From: an uncultured bacterium
GTDB lineage: Bacteria; Verrucomicrobiota; Kiritimatiellia; PWTM01
DNA length: 64,000 nt
Direction: 5' to 3'
Assembly: GCA_938010045.1 (NCBI GenBank)
Contig: CALLFZ010000036.1
Span: 38,801 to 102,800 of the forward strand
Position numbers and translations under genes: made by a program. This document shows, one piece after another, positions 37,970 through 49,824 of this stretch. The notes beneath the pieces were generated by a model. It had not been told where the DNA came from. It ran no database searches and worked only from the letters and a program-made list of their open reading frames with translations. Within the stretch, counting starts at the first letter, position 1, and every line of letters begins with the position of its first letter.

Positions 37970-40900
37970 TTATTGTGGCGAGCTCGTGGGACTTGGAGGG
38001 TCGGCTTCGCGCACAATGGAGCCGTTGGACTCGCTGACAACCAGGATGGAGAAACGCTGTGCGGTGGCGAGCGATGGATCCTGTGTTGAGGCATAGTCGA
38101 ATCGGCCCCGGAGGTCGGTATAGCCGTCTTTGAAGAACTTAACGGTGCCGTCGGCGAGACGGGTGTACACCTTCACATATGCTCCGGCGACAGGTGTGTT
38201 GGAATCCGCGCGGGTGAGCACAAGTTGCCCATACGTTTCCATGAGGTGGAGGCGGAGGGTATTCGCGTAGTAGGCCTGGGTTTGCCGCAGTGGACCTGCG
38301 ACGGCTTCGATCATGAGATCGAGGGAACGAAGGGCCTCAGGGATGTCAACCTGTACCGGGGAAGCGTCGGCTGGGACGTCTACGGGCATGGTGTGAGCCG
38401 GGCGGACGTGCGAGAAGTGGCGGGTGTCTTGGGTCATGAACGGGCTTCGGGAGAACAACAGCTCGAGGTCCATCGGATAGAAGTTGAGTGTGACGGACTT
38501 CAGGCGGCGGCCAGCGATCTCGATGCGGCGGCCGTTGAGGCGGAGGTCGAGGGAGGACTGTTCGGCCGCGAGCTGCTGCTGAACCAGGTCACGATTACGC
38601 GGGTCGGCCACGGTGGCTGCAGCGCCACCTTCGGCCTCGCGGATGTGGGCCAGCAGCGTCTGAACGCGGTTTCGCCAGCGAGGGACGGGGTGCTCGACGT
38701 AGTCGGAGAGGGCTCGGCGCGCCTCCTCGGGCCGGCCACGGGAAAGGGCGAGCCACGCCGTGAGGTAGTCGTACTGGAGACGCTCGGCGATACGGGCCCG
38801 ATCGGTTCGGGCAAGGAGGGCGATGCTCTCGGCGATGCGGTCCTGAAGCGCTAGATAGTAGGCTCCAGCGAGAAGGTCTTCATCGTCGGGAGCCGGTTTG
38901 TAGGCGAGGATGCGAAGAAACTGGGTCCATTGAGTCCTCAGAGCGGGGTTCTGGATGCGCGGTTCGCGTCCCATCGGATGGGCGCGGGCGTTGATGAGCG
39001 GTGAATATTCCAGGTGCTGGTAGAGGTGCCGTTCGACGGGGTTGATGCGGAGAATGGGGCATTCGAGCCAGAGTCCGCACTGGTTCGCGAATGGATGGCG
39101 GGCGAGAAATTGAGCGATGCGCGGCATGTCGTTGTGGAGGATGGAATAGGACCAGAGAGTGGCATCGAAGGCGCGGCGTCGCTCGAGGATGTCGAGGATA
39201 CGGCGATAGGCGTTCGCGTCGCGCAGTCGCCAGGCGATGTCCGCAAGGCGGATACGGTAGAGGTTCTCGCGCTCGAGGTAGGCGCAGACTTGGTCGAGAG
39301 TGGCGTTCTGGGAAATCTCGAACCATGAGGTTTGATCTGAGGGAGGCGGCTCGGCGACGACCTTGAAGTGGGCCGGCTCGGCGCGAGCGAGGACGCCCGC
39401 CTCGGAGGCAACCGTCGCAGGATGGTGGGCGAACTCGCCGGGAGCGGGGAAGTAAAAGAAGTACTCGATTGTGTCGGTTTGGTATGGTTCGAGTACTCGC
39501 GGGACGGGTTCAATGGGCAGCGGGGAGAGGGGGACGGCGCCAGCGGGGATTTGGAGGAGCACGGAGACGAAGTGTCGCTGGGCGCTGGGGTTGGTCAGCA
39601 CCACGCGGGCACCGTAGGGCACGCCGATCAGGAAGGGGCCGGTGACGTAGCGTTCGATGCGTTCCTCGCCCTCGTAACGCCAGCGGTTATCGGCCCGGAA
39701 GAAGTTCTGGGCCACGAGCAGCGGAGCCGGGCCGGGTGCTATGGGTGTGGGGCGCGTTTCACGCAGAAGCAGGATGACGGGTTGTTCGGAGCGTACGATG
39801 GTGCGGCCATCCTTGCGTTCGCGCGCAATCGGCGGCGCCTCGAATGGAAGGTCGAGAACCGCGAGCGCAAGGAGCATTTCGGTGGCGTTGGTCGTGGTGA
39901 AGAGGAGATCGGTCGAGAGGAACGGTGTCGGGTCGGGATGGGCGGCGTACTCGGCCCAGAAGCGGCCCGCGGGGACGAGGGAGGCGGTCTGCGCGGCCTG
40001 GGGCTGGCGGTAGTACGCTTGCTCAGCGAGCTCCTGGGGCATGTCCGGTGCACGGAAGAACGGCTGCGCCGCCTTTCGCTCGGCGGAGAGATCTTCAAGG
40101 AGGAACAAATCCGCATGGCTTCGACGGAGCGGTTCGTCCATTTCACGGTCGGCGGCCACTGCGCGCGCTCGCTGTTCAGCCATCGCGCGGGGGCCCGCGG
40201 CCTTGGGTACGGTCGCCGGGGCCGGTGGAGATGCGGCCAGCGCTCTGAGCGCGTCGGCATTGAGGGCCTCCGTCGCCGCTTCGACGTGCCGTTCACTCTC
40301 GGCGGCGCCGTCGGTCGCCGCGGTGGGTGAAAGGTCGCCAGCCAGAAAGAGAAACCGCCAGTAGAGGTCGGCTTTGGGGCGCGGAGTCTGAGCGGCCATG
40401 TCCGCAAGGTCGCGGGCAAGAGCCTCGCGTTGCGCCGCGGGCAAACGTCGAGCCAGCAGGGCCTTTTCGGCCGCGTTCAGTCGATCATAGTGCGCGGGTT
40501 CCAGCCAGCGGGTCAGGTCGCGGCCGAGCAACCATTCGTCTACGAAGGTCTTCTCACGCTTGTTGGCCAGATAGGGTGCAATCACGGCGTCGAAAAAGGG
40601 GCGATCCTTGTGGTACAGGAAGAGGTGCAGCTCGTGGCAGGCGAACCGCGAATAGAGTTCGCGTTTCTGATCTGGTGTGAGAGCGGGCCAGCGGGTGATG
40701 AACTCGAACTCCGGAAGCACGCTGTTCTTGGTGAGCGCGGAGTAGAAGGAAAAGACCTTCGGAATCGAGTCGGCCGCCGAGACCACGGCTCCCTCGCCGA
40801 CTTCGCGCGTTTCGCCCGGCAAAAGCGGCACGATGTCGAAATGCGGCGCATGGGGCGTGGCGGGGTCGAACGGCCGTTGGAGCGCGCGAGAGGCTGTCTG

Positions 40901-43900
40901 CAGCGGTGGATTGCCGATCGGGAGAATGCGCTCGACGGCGTGACATGGATCGATCGCAAGCACGCGCAGGAACGAGTAGCCGTGAAGATCGCGCCGCGGG
41001 ATCCGGATTCGTCCCTCCGCATCGGGACGAAGGTTCAGGAGGACGGTCGCGGGCCGCGCAAGGAAGTCGAGCGCCCAGGGAGACGCACGCCGTTGCCGGC
41101 CGGATTCCTGGGGCGAAGCAGTGTCGGCGGTGGCGCGGACACCGGCCGCGGGCCCGGCACCGGTGAGTGCCGCGGCGCGGCCGGCGAAGGGGCGCCCCTC
41201 CTGCAGGCGCTCGGCTTCGATGGAGGTCGTGCGCAGCGCCCAGGGATTCAGTAGAAGTGAGGGGCGCTCGGCCATGTTGCCGATGTGTTTGGGAGCACCG
41301 CGCCGGTCGAGCACGTAGCGGAACTCGTCGCCGAGCTCGCGTCCGGACTCGTAGAAGGTTCGCGACTCGGTCCATGTGCGGGCGCGCAGGTCGGGCCATA
41401 CGGCGCCGGCGGGCAGCGAGAAGAAGTCGTCCAGCACGTAACGGCCCGCCGCCACGTGCACGCGAACGTGGGGGGCACGGCTATTGAGGCGGAACACGAA
41501 GTGGTCGGCGTCTCCCGGCTCAGGCAGGAGCTGGAGAGGCTCCATCAGCGGCGTTTCGAGCGCGCGGCGAGCGGAGAGGAGGTAGCGCCCGAACGGATCG
41601 CCCCGGGTGACGCGGACGGGGATCTCCAGCTGACGGGACCGCACGAAGAGCGAGTAGTCGCCGGGTTCCAGGCCTCGGAGTTCGAGTGAGCCGTCCGCGA
41701 TGGCGAGAGCGGCAGAGCGGTCGCGCGTATAGCGCCCTTGGCGGACTTCGAGGAGGGAGAAGTCCGACAAGGCATCGGCGGCGTTGAGCCGCTCGAGCGG
41801 CAAGCGGAGCGGCCGCCCGGCTGTGCCGTGTAACGCAGAGGGCCACCAGCAGCGGTCACGCGGGGGCGTCCAGGTGAACACGGTCGGTTGCTGGCCGTGG
41901 AACTCTCTCCACTCGGCCTCCGAGCGTGGGTCTAGGTTCGGGGGCGGCGCGGCGTCGAGTGAGATCTGGACCTGCGAGATATCGGCCAGCGGGCCGAGGA
42001 CGGCCTGGCCGCGATCGTCCGTCCGCAGTGTGGTGTGGATCGGCTGGCGTGTCCACGGATGTTGGAACTGGCAGTGCAGCGGAACGCCCGCCAGGGGCTC
42101 GCCATTTAGACCGAGGACTTCCGCAACATAGCCCTCGGAGCCCAGCGTGAGCAGAACCTGTCGGGTCGCGAGGGTTCCGAGCAGAGGCGCGACCGGGAAT
42201 TCACGCGAGGAAGTCAGCTGGACCGGCGCTGCGCCAGCGGACATGGTCTTCACGCGAGCGGAGAGTTTGACCTCGATGGATCGGGGATGACGGGGCAGCG
42301 GCACCTCCACCCGGACTTCGCGGTCAAGGGCCAACTCGGGAGAGCGTATGTTGTGCTCGGTTCGGATGTCGCGGGTGTCGGTGACGGTCACGATGAGCAC
42401 GGCCTCTTCGAGGCTGAGCGAGGCCGGGTTCACGGGCTGGCCATGGAGGGTGATCAACGGGCGCAGCGCGAGTGTGGCATTGGCCCCGGGGTGCAGGGAT
42501 TCGGCCACGATCAGCGGACGCGCGTCAAGTTCGTAGGACTCGGCGAGGTGACGGAATCGGACCAGTGAGGCGAATCCCCCGGAGTGTACGACCATCGTGG
42601 CATCGCGATCGGCATCGGGGCGGAAGGGCACAAGAATGCGGCCTTCGGCATCGGGCTCGAATTCGCGGTTGTCGAGCCAGGCGCGCGCGTCGGGAACGGG
42701 CTTCCGCGCCTCATCGAGCACGCGGAACACGTGCCCAGCGGCCGAAAGGTCTTGCAACACCTCGAGCCGGCCCTTCTGCACGAAGGCGCGGCTGCTGCGG
42801 CCCTCGCCGATAAAGTCGATCACCCATACGCCGCGTCCTTGGAGCTCCGGGAAGTCGAATGTGCGTTCGAGGCGCAGATCCTTGGGCTCGCGGAACTCGA
42901 ATTTTTTCTCCGGGAACGAGGGCGCCAGACCGTCAAGATTGATGGCGAGGTTCAAGGGCCGGCGGGTGTCGCGATAGTAGTTCAGCGTATTGATTTCATA
43001 GATCTTCACGATGAGGGTCGGGACGTTTTTGACGAACAGTTTGAGGCGGACGGGCTCGTCGGGCAGGAAGACGGGCGGATTGTCCGGCGCGAAGTCGAGG
43101 TCCACGCGTTCCTTGATCGTGCGGTACTCTTCCGGCGAGATCAGAGCGGCCCACTGCTGCGGGTCTCCAATGCCATGGACGATCTTGGTCTCGGCGAAGA
43201 CGAGTCGGAGGAATTCATCACGGACCCACGGGCGGAACTCGTCGAAGTTCGGTGCATCGCGCAGGAGCCACATGAGGTAGTGGCGGACGATCGGCTCCTC
43301 AACGCGGATCGGCGGCAGGAGCAGCTCCGCGAAAGTCGCATCGAGACGGGCGAGATACTGCGGCTGGTGCAGGGATTCACGGATGGGCTGCGGCAGGTAG
43401 GGCACGTCGCGCGGCAGCTTCAGGTATTCGATGAACCGCTCGCGGCTGGGACGACCAACCTGCAGATCGTGGACAAGTCGATGATACAGCACATTGGCCT
43501 TGAGTGAATTATGGACTGGGTCCAGGCTGCGCACGTATGCCCAGACCCGGTCGAGGTAGGCCTCGCGCTGCTGGACATCAATTTCGAGGTCGGTCTCGCT
43601 GTCGGGGACGAGGCGCGAGAGGTAGAGCGAGACGAACGCGCGCTCGTTACGGAGCTCTGGACGAAGACGGAGGAGCTCATCGAGCTGTTCGAGCGTCAGT
43701 TGCTGGTGGATCGGCAGCTGTCCGAAGGGAGGACTGTCGGCGGTGGCGAGGTCCTCGGCGATGAGCGCGACGAGGTTGGGCAGGTCGGGGCGGCGGAGCC
43801 GCCGGAGCAGGTCGCGCCGCTGCTGCGGGTTCAGAGGAAGGCGGGCCACCGAGTAAAGACCGGCGTCGGTGATCGCGGAGAGATTGGCCCGTCCGTGTAG

Positions 43901-44344
43901 CGCGGATTCGAGGAAGCGCTGTCCGGATATGAGCGTTGGGTCGAGGCGGGTGGGCAGGTCGGGGCGACGCTCGGACAGGCGGCGGCTGTGGTCGAAGGTG
44001 AGGTCCAGTTCACGGCGGAGATAGTCGAGAGTGGCTTTTGGATCGCGAGCGTAGTCGAGCAGCGCCTGGCGGTGGCGCAGCTCGCGTGCGCCCGGCGGCT
44101 CGGCGCCTTTGCGGGCGCGAATCCAGTCGTCGAGGATCGTGCGGACCTCGTTGGCGCGGCCCAGATTCTGGGCGTGCAGGGCACGGAAAAAGTAGAAGTC
44201 GTCGGTGCCGGGCACGAGGTCCGCGAGCGCCGTCTCTCGGTTGGTGGAGAAAGCGAACTGCTCGAGGAACTTGAGGTTCTGGGCGCCGCCGAAGGTGGGG
44301 ATCAACAAAACGGGCAGCCAGACTCCGACGCGACAAATGTTCAT
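37970..44344 (-). CDS. giant (2124 aa) secreted protein of unknown function
   Basis: Signal peptide MNICRVGVWLPVLLIPTFGGAQN. One uninterrupted frame with high GC3. No P-loop, thioester (CxEQ) or other signature recognised. Confidence 0.6.
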   Translation of the reverse strand: MNICRVGVWLPVLLIPTFGGAQNLKFLEQFAFSTNRETALADLVPGTDDFYFFRALHAQNLGRANEVRTILDDWIRARKGAEPPGARELRHRQALLDYARDPKATLDYLRRELDLTFDHSRRLSERRPDLPTRLDPTLISGQRFLESALHGRANLSAITDAGLYSVARLPLNPQQRRDLLRRLRRPDLPNLVALIAEDLATADSPPFGQLPIHQQLTLEQLDELLRLRPELRNERAFVSLYLSRLVPDSETDLEIDVQQREAYLDRVWAYVRSLDPVHNSLKANVLYHRLVHDLQVGRPSRERFIEYLKLPRDVPYLPQPIRESLHQPQYLARLDATFAELLLPPIRVEEPIVRHYLMWLLRDAPNFDEFRPWVRDEFLRLVFAETKIVHGIGDPQQWAALISPEEYRTIKERVDLDFAPDNPPVFLPDEPVRLKLFVKNVPTLIVKIYEINTLNYYRDTRRPLNLAINLDGLAPSFPEKKFEFREPKDLRLERTFDFPELQGRGVWVIDFIGEGRSSRAFVQKGRLEVLQDLSAAGHVFRVLDEARKPVPDARAWLDNREFEPDAEGRILVPFRPDADRDATMVVHSGGFASLVRFRHLAESYELDARPLIVAESLHPGANATLALRPLITLHGQPVNPASLSLEEAVLIVTVTDTRDIRTEHNIRSPELALDREVRVEVPLPRHPRSIEVKLSARVKTMSAGAAPVQLTSSREFPVAPLLGTLATRQVLLTLGSEGYVAEVLGLNGEPLAGVPLHCQFQHPWTRQPIHTTLRTDDRGQAVLGPLADISQVQISLDAAPPPNLDPRSEAEWREFHGQQPTVFTWTPPRDRCWWPSALHGTAGRPLRLPLERLNAADALSDFSLLEVRQGRYTRDRSAALAIADGSLELRGLEPGDYSLFVRSRQLEIPVRVTRGDPFGRYLLSARRALETPLMEPLQLLPEPGDADHFVFRLNSRAPHVRVHVAAGRYVLDDFFSLPAGAVWPDLRARTWTESRTFYESGRELGDEFRYVLDRRGAPKHIGNMAERPSLLLNPWALRTTSIEAERLQEGRPFAGRAAALTGAGPAAGVRATADTASPQESGRQRRASPWALDFLARPATVLLNLRPDAEGRIRIPRRDLHGYSFLRVLAIDPCHAVERILPIGNPPLQTASRALQRPFDPATPHAPHFDIVPLLPGETREVGEGAVVSAADSIPKVFSFYSALTKNSVLPEFEFITRWPALTPDQKRELYSRFACHELHLFLYHKDRPFFDAVIAPYLANKREKTFVDEWLLGRDLTRWLEPAHYDRLNAAEKALLARRLPAAQREALARDLADMAAQTPRPKADLYWRFLFLAGDLSPTAATDGAAESERHVEAATEALNADALRALAASPPAPATVPKAAGPRAMAEQRARAVAADREMDEPLRRSHADLFLLEDLSAERKAAQPFFRAPDMPQELAEQAYYRQPQAAQTASLVPAGRFWAEYAAHPDPTPFLSTDLLFTTTNATEMLLALAVLDLPFEAPPIARERKDGRTIVRSEQPVILLLRETRPTPIAPGPAPLLVAQNFFRADNRWRYEGEERIERYVTGPFLIGVPYGARVVLTNPSAQRHFVSVLLQIPAGAVPLSPLPIEPVPRVLEPYQTDTIEYFFYFPAPGEFAHHPATVASEAGVLARAEPAHFKVVAEPPPSDQTSWFEISQNATLDQVCAYLERENLYRIRLADIAWRLRDANAYRRILDILERRRAFDATLWSYSILHNDMPRIAQFLARHPFANQCGLWLECPILRINPVERHLYQHLEYSPLINARAHPMGREPRIQNPALRTQWTQFLRILAYKPAPDDEDLLAGAYYLALQDRIAESIALLARTDRARIAERLQYDYLTAWLALSRGRPEEARRALSDYVEHPVPRWRNRVQTLLAHIREAEGGAAATVADPRNRDLVQQQLAAEQSSLDLRLNGRRIEIAGRRLKSVTLNFYPMDLELLFSRSPFMTQDTRHFSHVRPAHTMPVDVPADASPVQVDIPEALRSLDLMIEAVAGPLRQTQAYYANTLRLHLMETYGQLVLTRADSNTPVAGAYVKVYTRLADGTVKFFKDGYTDLRGRFDYASTQDPSLATAQRFSILVVSESNGSIVREADPPSPTSSPQ

Positions 44345-44641
44345 GGTCGGTTCTCCATCTCAGCGGGCCGCGATCGAGACCCGCCTCACCGAAGTATACG
44401 CCTTGGCCATCGGGTTTGTTCAGAGCGACGCGGCATGGTCGGCGGACGATGCCCGCGACGCCGACGATTCCGCCGCCTGCCCCACGGTGCTCGTTTCTGC
44501 TGTTTCACGGTGGTGCAGGGTGCAAATCGCGCCATACACTGTTTGACAAGCATTTCCACGCGCGTAGAGTGATGGGTCCGTTTTTCAGTGCCGCGTGCGC
44601 GGTGCGGGTGCGCGGCGGCCGTCGGGTCTGGGGGCGACAGC

Positions 44642-45775
44642 ATGAAGGTGTTCTGTCCAAAGGAGACGCGTGCAGGCGAGACGCGCGTCGCGGTGACGCC
44701 GGCCTCGGCGGAGCGGCTCGTGAAACTCGGCGTCAAGGTCGCCGTGGAGGCGGGGCTCGGGGCGACGATCGGCGCGTCGGACGCCGACTACACCGCGCGC
44801 GGCGCGTCGGTGGTTTCGCGCGCCGAGGGGCTGGCGACGGCCGACTGGGTCGTCCGGCTTCGCCCGCCGACGCCGGACGAGGCGGCTGCCTCACGACCAG
44901 AGTCGTACCATATCGGTTTTCTGGAGCCGTTCACGAACCGGGCCGTGGTCGAGGCGTTCGCGAAGTCGGGTGCGACGGCGCTTTCGGTCGAGCTGATTCC
45001 GCGCACGACGATCGCGCAGAAAATGGACGCGCTGAGCTCGCAGGCGAACCTCGCGGGCTATGTCGCCGTGATTCTGGCCGCGGAGCGGCTGCCGAAGATC
45101 CTGCCGATGATGATGACGCCGGCCGGAACGATCGCGCCGGCGCGGGTGCTGGTGATCGGTGCGGGCGTGGCGGGGCTCCAAGCGATCGCGACGGCGCGGC
45201 GGCTCGGCGCGCGCGTCGAGGCGTATGATACGCGCCCGGTGGTGAAGGAGCAGGTGCAGTCGCTCGGCGCGAAGTTCGTTGAGATCGACGTCGGCGAGAC
45301 GGGTCAAACGAAGGACGGCTACGCAAAGCCGCTGACTGAGGAGCAATTGGCCCGCCAGCGGGCGGCGCTGGCGCGCCACTGCGCCGAGGCGGACGTTGTG
45401 ATCACGACAGCGCAGGTGTTTGGGCGTCGCGCGCCGCGGATCATCACCGCGGAGATGCTCGACGGCATGCGGCCGGGCTGTGTCGTGGTGGACCTCGCGG
45501 TGGAGACGGGCGGCAATGTGGAGGGCGTCGAGCCGGACCGCGAGATCGAGCGGAAGGGTGTGAAGATTGTGGGGCTCGCGAACCTGCCGGGCCGCGTTCC
45601 GGTGGCGGCCAGCCAGATGTACGCGGCAAATCTCGCGAATTTCATCGAGCATTTCTGGGACCGGAAGGAGACGTCATTCCGTTGGTCGGAGGAGGATGAG
45701 ATCCTGAAGGGCATGACGGTGACGCGGGCGGGCCGGGTGGTGCACACTGCGGTTCGCGAGGCGCTCGGATTGTAG
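44642..45775 (+). CDS. pntAA: NAD(P) transhydrogenase alpha subunit part 1 (dI)
   Basis: MKVFCPKETRAGETRVAVTPASAERLVKLG...VLVIGAGVAGLQAIATARRLGARVEAYD (Rossmann); alanine-dehydrogenase-like. Confidence 0.88.
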   Translation: MKVFCPKETRAGETRVAVTPASAERLVKLGVKVAVEAGLGATIGASDADYTARGASVVSRAEGLATADWVVRLRPPTPDEAAASRPESYHIGFLEPFTNRAVVEAFAKSGATALSVELIPRTTIAQKMDALSSQANLAGYVAVILAAERLPKILPMMMTPAGTIAPARVLVIGAGVAGLQAIATARRLGARVEAYDTRPVVKEQVQSLGAKFVEIDVGETGQTKDGYAKPLTEEQLARQRAALARHCAEADVVITTAQVFGRRAPRIITAEMLDGMRPGCVVVDLAVETGGNVEGVEPDREIERKGVKIVGLANLPGRVPVAASQMYAANLANFIEHFWDRKETSFRWSEEDEILKGMTVTRAGRVVHTAVREALGL

Positions 45776-45786
45776 GGAGGTGCGCG

Positions 45787-46077
45787 ATGCTGGGGCTTCT
45801 ATTTTTTGTGTTCGTGCTGGCGGTGTTCCTTGGGCTCGAGTTGATCTCGAAGGTGCCGTCTCAACTGCACACGCCCCTGATGAGCGGTTCGAACGCGATT
45901 TCGGGAATCACGATCGTCGGCGCGCTCGTGGCGGCGGGTCAGCCGCAAGGCGGTGTGATCGTGACGGTGCTGGGCACCATCGCGGTCGCGGCGGCGATGA
46001 TCAACGTGGTCGGCGGCTATCTCGTGACCGACCGAATGCTGGGCATGTTCAGGCACAAGGACGGAGGCGCAAAGTAA
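45787..46077 (+). CDS. pntAB: NAD(P) transhydrogenase alpha subunit part 2 (membrane)
   Basis: GGAGG precedes the ATG. Three TM helices; GITIVGALVAAG motif. Confidence 0.85.
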   Translation: MLGLLFFVFVLAVFLGLELISKVPSQLHTPLMSGSNAISGITIVGALVAAGQPQGGVIVTVLGTIAVAAAMINVVGGYLVTDRMLGMFRHKDGGAK

Positions 46078-46080
46078 GCC

Positions 46081-47517
<1,437 letters not shown>

Positions 47518-47766
47518 CCCGGCCGCCGTCCACCCGACGCCCCCACTCTGACACCCGCGGGCCGATGGCGCTGTGGATTGTTTTTGAGGGGTAAGACGAA
47601 GGGTCTGGATGCGGAGAGGAGAGCGCGTGTGCCTATCCTCGATCGAACGGCTCGCTGTAACTCTGGCGCTCTGCCGCCGGAGGGCCGGCCGATGTCGCAT
47701 CTAAAAATTTGATTCCGCGGACTCTGCCCTCCTTGCTGGTCACCTAGATCGCCCCCCACCAATTTT

Positions 47767-47955
47767 GTACCTGTCCCTCATTGCGGATCATGGCAGCGGA
47801 CTGGGGATAGGCACCTGGCAACCCGTATCGCCGATGACGCGGCCGACACGAGGTGCCTGTCCCCTCGCCGCAGAGGTGCCTGTCCCCAACGCGTTGCTCC
47901 GGCGGCGGAGCGCCGGAGCTACAGCGCAGAGGGGCGAACATGGTGCCTGTCCCCA
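47767..47955 (+). repeat. island C of the dispersed GaGGTGCCTGTCCCCA repeat (3 exact-core copies plus 2 degenerate)
   Basis: gagGTGCCTGTCCCCT ~47850-47865, gagGTGCCTGTCCCCA ~47873-47888, atgGTGCCTGTCCCCA ~47940-47955. Degenerate copies: gtaCCTGTCCCtca ~47767 and aGGCACCTGGCAacc ~47810. Confidence 0.7.
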
Positions 47956-48414
47956 TGACGCCATCCCCAGTCGTGGAGACTCAACGCGACTCCTCACATA
48001 CAACAACGGCCGGAATGACACCGGAGCCCCTCGCCGCGCCCTGCGACGGGTGGCGATGAGCGTCTTCGCCGACACTGTTGTTCGGGCTCCGTGCGCGACG
48101 TCCATTGATCCGAGACGCGCTCGATTCGCCGTGGTTACCGAGCTTCGTCCTGCCGACGCGGGACCATGCACAGCCCGCCACTACAACGCTGTTGCCGCGC
48201 GCGGTGAGTGCGGCGGGTGCCGCGCAGTGCCGAAACTAGTGCGGCACCGCGTTGAAGAGCGGTGGCGCGGCATCGGACAGCAGAGGGCGCGCGACCACCC
48301 CTCGCGCCCTCCCGTCGGCACTCCGTGAGCCGGGCGACTCACAACGCGCTCGTTCGGGCAGATCACCGATCGCGGCGACAGCCCCGTGGCAACGCGGCGG
48401 GACGAGCCCCCACC

Positions 48415-49785
48415 TCAGTCACGATGCTGGCGGCGGGTGGCCGCCTCACGAATGGCCGCAATGAGTTGGTTCGGATCGGGAATGATTGAGGCAAACCGGA
48501 TTTCGCCATCAATGCAGACGGTCGGAAGATTGCGGACCCCAAGCTTCTTCATCACCCCGAGACCTTCGCGGACCTTGATCTTGTGCTCGTTCACGAAGCA
48601 CCGGCAGCCGCTGGCCTCGGCCGCGCGTCGCACCGCCTCCATCATGTACTGGCAGGGCGCGCAGGACGTGGAATCGAGCGTGATTACGTCGAGCACAACA
48701 CCATCGGCGGTGGTGTAGTCTGGCAGCGCAACATCGTCGAAGTTGTCCTCGGGCCGGGCCTTGAGCGCGGCGCGCGCGGCCTCGCGGGCGTACGGATCGT
48801 GCACCATTTCGGCCACGGCGCGCAGGTTGGCCGGCGGCGTCGCGTAGGGCAGATCGCATCCCGGCGCCAGCACAAAGCCCTTCGGACCTGCGGCGTCCAT
48901 CACCTCGACCGCTTCACGGCGCGCGTCGTCGGGTGTCCCGAGCAGTAGAACCGAGGTGAGCCTCAGGTTGCCGCCGAACGATTTTCCCGCGGCTTCGCAT
49001 AGCCCGCGCAACCGCGGAATCGTGATTTGTTCGTCCACCGCAATATGGTCGGCCCGGGTTCGGCACATCGCCTCGAGATTGCGCGAGACGTCTCCGCATA
49101 CGAAGAGAGAGGCCGGCCGACCCCGTGCGCGGATGGCGTCAACGACGTCGTTGATCGGCGGCACGACGTACCGCTCAAAGTCCTCGGTGGAGATCTGGCT
49201 AACCATGGGATCCACGACGGCCACGACGTCCGCCCCGGCCTCGATCCAGGCGGCGGCGCTGCGGATCGCGACGTCGCGGCAAACCGCCATGAGCTCGTCC
49301 ACCCGCGCGGGCTCGTCGCACATATCGAAGAAGAGCGCATGGCCGCGCAGGTGATTCGCGAGCGTGAATGGACCGCAGATCAGCGCATACCAGGCCAATT
49401 CCTCGCCGAACCGCCCCCGCAGCGTCGTGAGCGCGCCGAAGGCTAAGGCGAGCCGGCCGCCCGAGGGATCAAACGGCGGCAGCGATTCGAGCGAGGCGGT
49501 TTCGAGGGGGTGGTTCGCCACGCTCGGTGGCACGTCGGGTGCCCAGTGGAGCCGGCAACCCAGCAGCTCAGCCTCCAGCTGCAGGTCGAACATGACCGGC
49601 AGGCCGTCCGGCCGGTAGAGTGCCGCGGCGGTCGTGAGCCCCTGCACGATCAGATCGGCGGAGCGGAGGTACTCATCCGCCGGACGGCCGATGAGGCGGC
49701 CACCGTGACAGCCGACATAGGGAACCCATGCGGGCCGCGGCGTGGGGCGGCCTCGAATCGCCTCGAGCAATAGTGCGCGGGCCAT
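48415..49785 (-). CDS. uroporphyrinogen-decarboxylase (URO-D/MtaA-like) family protein fused to a C-terminal thioredoxin-like CxxC domain
   Basis: N-terminus MARALLLEAIRGRPTPRPAWVPYVG...MFDLQLEAELLGC (URO-D fold). C-terminus VITLDSTSCAPCQYMMEAV...LPTVCIDGEIRFASIIP (Trx-like). Confidence 0.55.
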   Translation of the reverse strand: MARALLLEAIRGRPTPRPAWVPYVGCHGGRLIGRPADEYLRSADLIVQGLTTAAALYRPDGLPVMFDLQLEAELLGCRLHWAPDVPPSVANHPLETASLESLPPFDPSGGRLALAFGALTTLRGRFGEELAWYALICGPFTLANHLRGHALFFDMCDEPARVDELMAVCRDVAIRSAAAWIEAGADVVAVVDPMVSQISTEDFERYVVPPINDVVDAIRARGRPASLFVCGDVSRNLEAMCRTRADHIAVDEQITIPRLRGLCEAAGKSFGGNLRLTSVLLLGTPDDARREAVEVMDAAGPKGFVLAPGCDLPYATPPANLRAVAEMVHDPYAREAARAALKARPEDNFDDVALPDYTTADGVVLDVITLDSTSCAPCQYMMEAVRRAAEASGCRCFVNEHKIKVREGLGVMKKLGVRNLPTVCIDGEIRFASIIPDPNQLIAAIREAATRRQHRD

Positions 49786-49824
49786 GTCAACGCCTCTCCC
49801 CGCGAGCCCGGCAGCCTGCAGGGA

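Noticed and set aside
37970-44344. Alpha-2-macroglobulin assignment for the 2124-aa protein
   Set aside because: No CxEQ thioester motif or recognisable bait region. Kept as unknown.
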